Source of the DNA: Deinococcus radiodurans R1 = ATCC 13939 = DSM 20539
Lineage (GTDB): Bacteria > Deinococcota > Deinococci > Deinococcales > Deinococcaceae
Assembly (NCBI RefSeq): GCF_000008565.1
Contig: NC_000958.1
Span: forward strand, 103,431-135,430
Direction: 5' to 3'
DNA: 32,000 nt
The notes beneath the pieces were generated by a model. It did not search any database and was not told the DNA's origin. It worked only from the letters and a program-made list of their open reading frames with translations. Numbering within the stretch: position 1 is the stretch's first letter; every line of letters starts with the position of its first letter. Positions 11,062-18,426 of the stretch are shown one piece after another. The position numbers and the translations under genes were made by a program.

Positions 11062-12090
11062 ATGGCCGAACGGCAAGTCATCAAAGAACGCGCCCAGCTT
11101 TTTCCCCACCCCAATGCCGAGAGACTCGAACTCTGCAAGGTCGGAACCTTTCAACTGGTCGTCCGCAAAGGCGAATACCGGGACGGCGACCCCATCGTCA
11201 TCGCCCCCGAGAAGGCCGTCTTGCCCCCGCAGCTGGCCGGGCTCTACACGAACGCGGACACCGGCGCGAGCTACCTGCACGGCGCCGAGAAAAACCGCGT
11301 GGGCTCGGTGCGCCTGCGTGGCGAGGTGTCGCAGGGCGTGATTCTGCCGCTTGACGGGCTCGAAGACGCCCCGTTCGGGGAAGACCTCGCCGAGCGCCTC
11401 GGCATCACCTTCTGGGAACCGCCCGTCCCGGTCAGCATGGCGGGCGAAGTCGAGCCGCGGCCCCCGGCGCAGCACTACAAGCACCACGATGTCGAGCAGT
11501 TCGGCATCTACGTCAGCGAATTTGCCAGCGGTGAAGAGGTGATGGTTACCGAGAAGCTTCACGGCACCCAGGGCGTCTACTTCCGCACGGCGGAGGGCCG
11601 CTGGCTGGTCACGTCCAAGGGCCTCTCGCGCGGCGGCCTGACCCTGCGGGAAGCGGCGAGCAACGTCTACTGGCAAGCGGCCCGCAACAGCAACCTCTTT
11701 GCTGAAGCCGACGCGGCGTTTTCCGGCGGCGAAGTGCAGATTTTCGGTGAAGTCGTTCCCGTTCAGAAGGGCTTTTCTTACGGTCAGCACAAACCCACGG
11801 TCTTCGTGTTCAAGGTGGTTTATGACGGCCTGCGCTTGCCCCGCCGCGACTGGCCGCAGTGGGTTCTCGACCACGCGGTCCCGGTGCTGTACGAAGGGCC
11901 GTTCGACGAGGCCACTGTCCGCAAGTTGCGCGGCGGCCTGGAGACCGTTTCCGGGAAGGGGCTGCACATCCGCGAAGGCGTCGTGGTCGCGCCTAAAGTC
12001 CCGCGCTTTGCCGCCGACGGCAGCGATCTGAGCGTCAAGCTCATCTCCGACGCCTACGCCAAAAAGGAAACGGGCGAGGAGTACTCGTGA
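11062..12090 (+). CDS. ATP-dependent RNA ligase, Rnl5/DraRnl-like (342 aa)
   Basis: Nucleotidyltransferase motif I VTEKLHG sits in the C-terminal half. The N-terminal OB-like domain is ERLELCKVGTFQLVVRKGEY. Length and architecture match my memory of the D. radiodurans DRB0094 RNA ligase. Confidence 0.85.
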   Translation: MAERQVIKERAQLFPHPNAERLELCKVGTFQLVVRKGEYRDGDPIVIAPEKAVLPPQLAGLYTNADTGASYLHGAEKNRVGSVRLRGEVSQGVILPLDGLEDAPFGEDLAERLGITFWEPPVPVSMAGEVEPRPPAQHYKHHDVEQFGIYVSEFASGEEVMVTEKLHGTQGVYFRTAEGRWLVTSKGLSRGGLTLREAASNVYWQAARNSNLFAEADAAFSGGEVQIFGEVVPVQKGFSYGQHKPTVFVFKVVYDGLRLPRRDWPQWVLDHAVPVLYEGPFDEATVRKLRGGLETVSGKGLHIREGVVVAPKVPRFAADGSDLSVKLISDAYAKKETGEEYS

Positions 12091-12805
12091 CCCTGCTCAA
12101 CGTGGTGGACGTGGAAGCGACCTGCTGGGAAGGGGAGCCCCCGGCGGGTCAGCACAGCGAAATCATCGAAATCGGCATCGTGGTGCTGAATCTGGAAACG
12201 CTGGAACGAACGGGCAAGCGCAGCGTGATGGTCAGGCCGGAACACTCCGAGGTCAGCGCGTTCTGCACCCGGCTGACCGGCATCACGCCGGAGGAAGCCG
12301 CTTCTGGCGTCAGCTTTGGAGCAGTTCTGCGAATTACGCGTGCGTCGGAACAGCACCGCCACCCGCTCCATTCTCTGCTTCGCAGCTTTGCAAGTTCGTT
12401 CTGCTCCCTGTTTTGTCCTCGCTCTCTGCGAGCTGTACCAGTCCGCTCGCCAAAAAGCTGTGCCATCTTTTTGTCAAATGCTCTAGGGAAGCGTGCGACC
12501 TGCTGCGGGCCGAGTACCACACTGATTCCCGGCCCTGGGCGAGTTGGGGCGACTATGACCGCAGGCAAATTCAGCGGCAGGCGGTCGGCGGCGTTCGCTT
12601 TCCCTTCAGTGCGCGCCACACCAATGCCAAACGCGCTTACGCCGAGGCGTATTCCCTCAGGAAAGCGGGGATGGCGCAGGCCCTCGCCCACGCCGGGCTG
12701 CCACTCGAAGGAGCGCACCACCGCGGCGCCGACGACGCCTGGAACATCGCGGCTCTGGTCGCCCAGCTGGTGAGTGAGGGGCACTGGCCGCAGGACCCCA
12801 CGTAG
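12087..12805 (+). pseudogene. DEDDh (ERI-1/KapD-type) 3'-5' exonuclease, reading frame interrupted
   Basis: The GTG at 12087 overlaps the ligase stop (GTGA). ExoI VVDVEATCWEG is in frame 0 up to about 12331. ExoII WASWGDYDRRQ and ExoIII HRGADDAWNIA are in frame 2 from about 12488 to the TAG at 12803-12805. The intervening sequence is not exonuclease-like. Confidence 0.75.
12332..12490. other. about 150-175 bp intervening segment splitting the exonuclease gene (possible small non-autonomous insertion)
   Basis: Visibly lower GC than the flanks. Flanked by direct repeats GCGTGCG (12338 and 12491) and CTGCG (12327 and 12503). Contains the hairpin GCGAGC...GCTCGC. Exact ends are unresolved. Confidence 0.4.
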
Positions 12806-12844
12806 ATAATCTGGGAAGACATGCACCCCGACTGAAATCCCTCT

Positions 12845-13183
12845 TCAGTTCAATCCAGGCGCCGTCTGAACGACGTGACCATTCACCACGTCCAGGGTGT
12901 AGACCGGCTCGCTCAGCAGGTCTTCGGCCAGCGAGAGCTGAAACGTGTCGGGCGAAGTCGGAACTCCGGCAGCTCCGTCGGTCAGGGTAATCCACAGGCC
13001 CGATTCGTCCGCCGCGCACAGCAGCGTGCGCCCATCTTCAGTCCCGAACTCCTGAAAGGTGAGTGGGGCGATCAGGGTGTGCCAACTCATCAGCCCGCAG
13101 AGGCCAGCCAGACTGTCGAGGTCGTCGCCGTCGAGTTCGTAGGCCCGGTACGTGATGCGGTGGGCGAGTTCGCTGAGGTCCAT
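12845..13183 (-). CDS. hypothetical small acidic protein (112 aa)
   Basis: Clean ORF with coding-like composition. No motif recognised. Confidence 0.5.
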   Translation of the reverse strand: MDLSELAHRITYRAYELDGDDLDSLAGLCGLMSWHTLIAPLTFQEFGTEDGRTLLCAADESGLWITLTDGAAGVPTSPDTFQLSLAEDLLSEPVYTLDVVNGHVVQTAPGLN

Positions 13184-13352
13184 GCCGCTCAGTGTAGGGA
13201 AGGTGGAGGAAGGCCATTCTCTGGCAGCAGCTTGTCACAAACGTGAACGGCTGCTCAGGTGGGGGAGACCCGGCGCCCCTGGCCCGCCCAGGAGGATAAG
13301 GACGCCTGCGGCAGGCCCTTTCAAGCTGCCGCGCGGCCCCCAGGAGAAGCCT

Positions 13353-14141
13353 ATGCGTCAGGAACACCAGCAGATCTGCGTCGACGACACCACGCTCTAT
13401 ATCGAGGGCAGCGGCCCGGAAACCATCCTCATGGTGCATGGCTGGCCGGACACGTACCGCCTGTGGGACGCCCAGGTTGAGGCGCTCAAGGGCCGCTACC
13501 GGTGCGTGCGGCTGACGTTGCCTGGCTTCGAGGAACCGAATGCCCGCAAGGTCTACACCCTCGACGAATTGACCGGTTTGCTGAGCCGCGTGGTCGAGCA
13601 GATTTCTCCCGACCGGCCCGTGATTCTGCTGCTGCATGACTGGGGGTGCATGTTCGGTTATCAGTTTGCCCGGCGCTTTCCGCAGCGGGTTTCCAAAATT
13701 ATCGGTGTGGACGTGGGCGACCGCTTCGAGCAGACGCCCAAAGCCCTGGCTTTTACCATCGCTTACCAGTGGTGGCTGGCCCTCGCCTGGTGGATCGGTG
13801 GCGGCCTCGGAAACCTGATGACCCGGGTGCTGATGCGCCTGATGCACGTGCCGAAAAAGACGCGCGAAGTGACCGCCGGCATGAACTATCCCTACTTTCA
13901 GATGTGGTTCGGCGGCAAGGAAGCCTATTCGCGGCAGGCCAAGTCGTTTTCACCGAGCTGCCCGGTGCTGTTCGTCTACGGCGAGCGCAAACCCGTCATG
14001 TTTCATACCCCGCGCTGGGTTCAGAAGGTAGAGCGTCTGCCCGGCGGAAAAGTGGTGGGCCTGCCGACGGGGCACTGGGTCATGGTCCAACAACCGGACC
14101 GCTTGAACCGCGAAATCCTCGACTGGCTGGCGACGGTTTGA
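13353..14141 (+). CDS. alpha/beta-fold hydrolase (262 aa)
   Basis: AGGAG lies 6 nt upstream of the ATG at 13353. ILMVHGWPDTYRLWD (HGxP oxyanion motif) and LLLHDWGCMFG (nucleophile elbow with Asp, as in epoxide hydrolases and haloalkane dehalogenases). The ORF-track start at 13152 is probably too far upstream. Confidence 0.8.
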   Translation: MRQEHQQICVDDTTLYIEGSGPETILMVHGWPDTYRLWDAQVEALKGRYRCVRLTLPGFEEPNARKVYTLDELTGLLSRVVEQISPDRPVILLLHDWGCMFGYQFARRFPQRVSKIIGVDVGDRFEQTPKALAFTIAYQWWLALAWWIGGGLGNLMTRVLMRLMHVPKKTREVTAGMNYPYFQMWFGGKEAYSRQAKSFSPSCPVLFVYGERKPVMFHTPRWVQKVERLPGGKVVGLPTGHWVMVQQPDRLNREILDWLATV

Positions 14142-14224
14142 GTACGGCTGGCTCGTAAGCGGCTGAGAAAGCGCGTGACGGCCTACGCCCAGCTCACGGG
14201 CGCGGACCGTTTTCTCCTTCCTCT

Positions 14225-15466
14225 TTAGCCGCTCAGCTCCCCCTCCAAAGTGTCCCAGGTCAGCCGGTGCGCCTCGCCCACTTCCGGGAATTCCAGCAGC
14301 CGGAGCTGGTCGGCGAGGACTGCGCTGTTCACCTGCCGCTCTCTCCCGCTGATGCGTGCTCCGAGCTGACCGGGCGGCGTCCACAGCACGTGCAGCTCGG
14401 TCAGAGCGCCGTAGTCGTAGCCCAGCCCCAGCACCTGGGCGCGCTGGCTGCGGCGCAGGGTGGTCGCGTCCCAGACGGCGTGGCGCCCCCGGCGCAGGGC
14501 CTCGCGCAGTTGCTCGCGGGCGGCTTGCAATACCTGACCGTTCACCCGCTGGTCACTCGCGTTTTTGCCGAGCTTGGCCCGCAGCGCGTCCAGACTGATG
14601 AGGTCGGCGTCCGGGACGCTGTGGGCATACGTGCTTTTGCCGCTGCCCGAGGGACCGCACAGCACCGTTAGGCGCGGAAACCCGCTGCGGGCGGCCTCCT
14701 GCACTCGGGCCACCGCCTCGTGCGGCGTGTGAATCACCCCGGCCTCCCAATCCTGAATTCCCCGGCCCACCGCCAGCGCGAGCAACTCGGGCGGCGCGCC
14801 GGGCAGCAGGGCCGCAATCTCCGCGCGAAAGGCGGCGTAGGGGTCCGTGACGTTCCAGACGCCGAGGTCACGGGCAAGCAGTTCCAGATAGTCGGCGGTG
14901 TCCTCTCCCTTCCTGCCGTCGCCGCCGCGCACTTCGCGGCCCCGCGCGTCGGCTTTCGCCAGCCGCACGAGCAGGGGCAACGGCACCTGCCGCGCCAGGG
15001 CGAAGACGCCGCGCCCCAGTTCACTTTCGGCGGCGCGGTGCAGGCTGTGATGATGCGCCACCAGTTCCAGCACGGTCAAAATCAGCCTGGGAGCAAGGCC
15101 GGTGTCGAGCAGGCGGTACGCGAGATAGTCCCGCCCCCGCCGCGCGTGCTGGCGCGACCGCAAGCGTATTTGCCCGCTGCTCCCCTCGGGCTCCTCGCGG
15201 GTGGTCAGCGCCTTGCCGATGTCGTGCAGGGCGGCGGCCAGCAGCAGGGCCGCGCGGTCAAAGGGGTCGAGGCCTTCCGAGAGTTCGTGCGCCCGCGCCA
15301 GTACGAGCGCCGAGTGGGTCGCCACGTCGCCCTCGGCGTGCCACTCGGGGTCCTGCGGGGTGTGCGGCAACTCGCCCAGCAGCGGCAACACCGGGCGCAG
15401 TTCGGCGCTCAGCTCGTCGAAAGTGACGGGCTCAGGCCGCGTCAGGAGGTAGATGAGGGCAGACAT
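14225..15466 (-). CDS. HD-domain phosphohydrolase fused to P-loop (polynucleotide-kinase-like) kinase, 413 aa
   Basis: N-terminal half has WHAEGDVATHS...LLAAALHDIGK...HHH (HD superfamily). C-terminal half has LCGPSGSGKST (Walker A). Overlaps the upstream PARG gene by 25 nt. Confidence 0.8.
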   Translation of the reverse strand: MSALIYLLTRPEPVTFDELSAELRPVLPLLGELPHTPQDPEWHAEGDVATHSALVLARAHELSEGLDPFDRAALLLAAALHDIGKALTTREEPEGSSGQIRLRSRQHARRGRDYLAYRLLDTGLAPRLILTVLELVAHHHSLHRAAESELGRGVFALARQVPLPLLVRLAKADARGREVRGGDGRKGEDTADYLELLARDLGVWNVTDPYAAFRAEIAALLPGAPPELLALAVGRGIQDWEAGVIHTPHEAVARVQEAARSGFPRLTVLCGPSGSGKSTYAHSVPDADLISLDALRAKLGKNASDQRVNGQVLQAAREQLREALRRGRHAVWDATTLRRSQRAQVLGLGYDYGALTELHVLWTPPGQLGARISGRERQVNSAVLADQLRLLEFPEVGEAHRLTWDTLEGELSG

Positions 15467-16299
15467 AAGGACTCCAGCTCGCGACGAAACGCGCCGAGCG
15501 TCGGGTGCTGAGGATGATTGTCGAGGACGGCGAAAGTAACGTGCTCAAAAGCGCCCTGGGCTTCCCCTTCCAGCAGCTCGCGGAAGGTGCGTGCCACGCC
15601 CGCCGGGTCGTTGCGGAACACGCCGCAGCCCCACGCTCCCAGCACCAGATGCGTCTGCTCCATCCAGGCGGCGACGCCCAGAACCCGCCGGGCCCGTTCC
15701 CGCAGTGTCGGCAGCACCTGCGGCAGTTGCTCAGGACGGCTCTGGGCCACTGCTCCAGCGTTCGGGGCCGGCGCGGTGATAATGTTCACCGGCACCGGCG
15801 CGGGCAACAGTTGCCCCGCGTCATCCCGGAAAATGGGGACCTGCGGGCTGTAAATGAGGTGGTCGGTATAGAGCGCCGAGTGGGACTGGCGGTTGACCGC
15901 GTAGTAAGGCTCGGCCTGGGGTGAGGTCAGACTGAAATAGAGCCCACTGCCACGGCACAGGTCTTCTTCCTGGGCCTGCGCGCCGCCCAGAAAACCGCCA
16001 CCGGGGTTTTTGGCCGAGGCGAAGTTGAGCGCTGCGAGTGCTGACGCCTTTTCACGCAGGCGACGCGCCGCCGCAAACGTCGTCTCAGACGTGACCTCAC
16101 AGGTCGTCTGAAAGCTGCCCCGGCGACGGCGTAAGGCTTCTCGTAGGTCTTCTCCCTGCTCCGGCGTGAACAGCCGCGTGCCTTGCCGCATTGCCGCGAG
16201 ACCCGGCAACCTCACCGGACCCGACCCGGTGACGGACTGGCCCGTGCGGAGGATGTTCAGCGTGTCCTGGGCCTGTTCGGTACGGTTTTTGCGGTTCAT
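15442..16299 (-). CDS. bacterial-type poly(ADP-ribose) glycohydrolase / macrodomain protein (285 aa)
   Basis: FASAKNPGGGFLGGAQAQEEDLCR carries the PARG signature GGG-x7-QEE. I take the ATG at 16299, which overlaps the ligase stop as ATGA. The ORF-track extension to 16551 runs through the upstream gene. Confidence 0.85.
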   Translation of the reverse strand: MNRKNRTEQAQDTLNILRTGQSVTGSGPVRLPGLAAMRQGTRLFTPEQGEDLREALRRRRGSFQTTCEVTSETTFAAARRLREKASALAALNFASAKNPGGGFLGGAQAQEEDLCRGSGLYFSLTSPQAEPYYAVNRQSHSALYTDHLIYSPQVPIFRDDAGQLLPAPVPVNIITAPAPNAGAVAQSRPEQLPQVLPTLRERARRVLGVAAWMEQTHLVLGAWGCGVFRNDPAGVARTFRELLEGEAQGAFEHVTFAVLDNHPQHPTLGAFRRELESLCLPSSTS

Positions 16300-16928
16300 G
16301 ACTGCTCCTGGCGCTTCAGACCGTTCGGCTCCACCGGCTGACTCAGCCAGTGCTGATCGGTCTGCACGTGCCCGCGCCGCACCCACTTGGCGACCTTGCG
16401 CCCGAAGTCGGCGTAGGGAATGGCGGCGGTCACGCGCACCACGTAGCCTTCCATCCGTTCCGGGTCGGGGTCCAGGGCCTGAAGGGCGGCCTCGTCCCAG
16501 GGGCCGCGGTACAGCTCGCGCGGGGTGGGCAAAGAGAGCCGCTCGGCCCATCCGCGCACCTCGTCCCAGGGCCGCGAGACGTTAAGGTCGTCCCAGACGC
16601 TGAAGAGGTAAAAATAGCCGTCCAGATCGTCGTATTTCAAACTATGGACGGCGTAGACGTTCTCGCCGCAAAATCGCCAGCCGAGCGGGATGTCGTGGGC
16701 GACGCGGCCCCGCTCGGCCTTGACCCAGGTCCGTGAGGGGTGCGGGCGCATGTCGAGGCTGCGGGCGTGCAGGTCATCACGGTAGAGGCTGGTGTTTTCG
16801 CCGTCGAGCTTCTCGGTCACGACGACCTCCTTGCCGATAAATCCGCTCAGCGACGTGATGCGGCGGTCATCGTTCTGGAGGCCCGGCGACCAGGGCAGGT
16901 GGGGGATGGAAGGGTATTTGACTCGCAT
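16296..16928 (-). CDS. minimal ATP-dependent ligase-like nucleotidyltransferase (210 aa)
   Basis: Motif I VVVTEKLDGEN (KxDG), then FCGENVYA, YLFSVWD and EGYVVR, consistent with ligase motifs III-IV. There is no OB or other extra domain. It resembles what I recall as DRB0100 (ddrP). Confidence 0.75.
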   Translation of the reverse strand: MRVKYPSIPHLPWSPGLQNDDRRITSLSGFIGKEVVVTEKLDGENTSLYRDDLHARSLDMRPHPSRTWVKAERGRVAHDIPLGWRFCGENVYAVHSLKYDDLDGYFYLFSVWDDLNVSRPWDEVRGWAERLSLPTPRELYRGPWDEAALQALDPDPERMEGYVVRVTAAIPYADFGRKVAKWVRRGHVQTDQHWLSQPVEPNGLKRQEQS

Positions 16929-17049
16929 ACAGGATCACTGCTGCGTAGAGTAGAGAAAACCTGAGGGTGACGGCATCGGCCTGACGGTCAGGTGGGGTAA
17001 GCGCTGTGGCTTAGCTGTCCGGTCGCCGACTTGTGCGGTCCCCACGAAA

Positions 17050-17092
17050 GAAAAGCGAGCGGCAAGGACACGTCCCCATCCACCCGCTTTTC
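17050..17092 (-). terminator. structured hairpin downstream of the amine oxidase reading frame
   Basis: GAAAAGCG (17050-17057) pairs with CGCTTTTC (17085-17092). Pairing can be extended, and there is an inner GGACGTGTCC palindrome. On the minus strand it is followed by TTTCG. Confidence 0.4.
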
Positions 17093-17120
17093 TAAGCTGT
17101 ATCGGTTCTTCTTAGCCTGA

Positions 17121-18426
17121 CTAGCCTTCGTTGGGCGGCGTCTCAATCGGCAGAACGTCATCACCAACCTGCGTGGTGCCCGAGCAGCAACTGCCGCCTG
17201 ACGCCGGCGCCCCGTCCTGCACGCTGTGGGCGTTGCGGTCACGCGGCAGGTTCATGGCCGGGTTCTGGCTGAAAAAGCCGTTGGGCTTGAGCATGAATCC
17301 GGCGTATTCCACCGGCATGATCGGGAAGTCTTCGGGCTTGCAGACGTGGGTGTGGCCGAAGGTGTGCCAGACGATGAGATCTTCGTTCTGGATGTTGCGG
17401 TTTTGCTGCACGTACTTGGGCAGGCCGTCCCCGCCGGCATGCTGGTTGGGGTAGTCGCCCGAGGCGTACTTCTCGTTTTCATGGCACGGCGTCACCCAGA
17501 TGTGCTTGGTGGCGAAGCCGCCGCGGTGCCGGACGGTCGAGCCTTCGCGCGCGAGCATCAGCGGGCTGGGGTTGATGATCAGTTTGTAGCCCGTGGGATT
17601 GCCCACCGAGTTCTTGACGTTGGGATTGATGATTTTCCAGTAGCGCCCGGTCTTGCCGTCCGCCTCGCGGCAGGCGTCGAGTTCGCGGGTCAGGGTGCGG
17701 CTAGTCGTATGAAAGACGTTGCCGTAGGGGTTGGTGTCGCTCCAGGGCGCCGGCTGAAACTCGTGTTCAGTGACCGAGTTCTGAACGCCGTCGACCATCA
17801 TATCGAGCCGGGCATTGAAAAAATGCTGGTGGGTCGGGCCGCCCAGCCCCTCGTCGACCATGCCGCCGTAGGGGTAAGGCTGACCCGGTTCGATGGCCGC
17901 GGTCTGGATGATGCCGGTCAGCTTGGCTTCCAGCTGAATCGTGCCGTCCTGGTAGAGGTACCAGTAAAAGCCGTAATCGTAATTGCCCAATAGTCTGTGC
18001 AGTTTTGGAGTTCAGCTACCCAAGCTGCGATAAACACGGCGTTTTTTGCCCCTCCCCCTTGCGGGGGAGGTTGGGAGAGGGGAGCGCAGGCAGCGTCCTA
18101 AACAGCAAAATCTTGATCGCCTTCTCTAACGACCACAAAACTGCACGAACCATTGAATTGCCGACGGTGGCGAAAAACGAGATGACCAGCCGGCGCGAGC
18201 GGCGCATCTCGTGCATGCCGACCCGGAACTCGTTGTGCTTCCAGAGGGTGCCGTAGTCCTCCTCGTGCATGCACACGGCGTTTTTCATGATGAACGGCTG
18301 CCCGAAATCGTCAGCGGCAGGAATGTCGAAGTAGCGAATCAGGCCCAGGCAATCGCAGCCGAGTTCCAGTTGATTGGCGACTTTGCCCAGGCCGTATTCG
18401 CCCGCGTCGAAGGCACTTTTCCAGCT
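17121..18426 (-). pseudogene. copper (topaquinone) amine oxidase, 5'-truncated and split by a MITE
   Basis: Minus-strand reading gives SWKSAFDAGEYGLGKVANQLELGCDCLG...RRLVISFFATVGN (18426-18156). It resumes as YDYGFYWYLYQDG...THQHFF...WHTFGHTHV (17987-17121). NYDY is the TPQ precursor motif and H.H/H are the Cu ligands. The N-terminal part, about 300 aa, is absent. Confidence 0.85.
17988..18155. mobile_element. 168-bp MITE sharing terminal inverted repeats with the IS at 19632-20874 and 31455-32000
   Basis: The ends are CAATAGTCTGTGCAGTTTTGG and CCACAAAACTGCACGAACCATTG. A 7-bp direct duplication AATTGCC flanks it (17981-17987 and 18156-18162). Removing the element plus one repeat restores ATVGNYDYG. 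Confidence 0.8.

Noticed and set aside
15442-16551. 369-aa version of the PARG-like ORF with an Arg/Gly/Pro-rich N-terminal extension.
   Set aside because: The extension overlaps the 3' part of the ligase-like gene in another frame and is low-complexity. The ATG at 16299 forms an ATGA overlap with the ligase stop and starts a normal-looking N-terminus (MNRKNRTEQ).
16929-17120. Looked for a 17-bp radiation/desiccation response motif (palindrome with TT...AA ends, from memory) upstream of the ligase/PARG/kinase operon.
   Set aside because: I found none by eye. The palindromes present (16980-17013) have different sequence and symmetry. My recollection of the consensus is imprecise, so a matrix scan would be needed to be sure.
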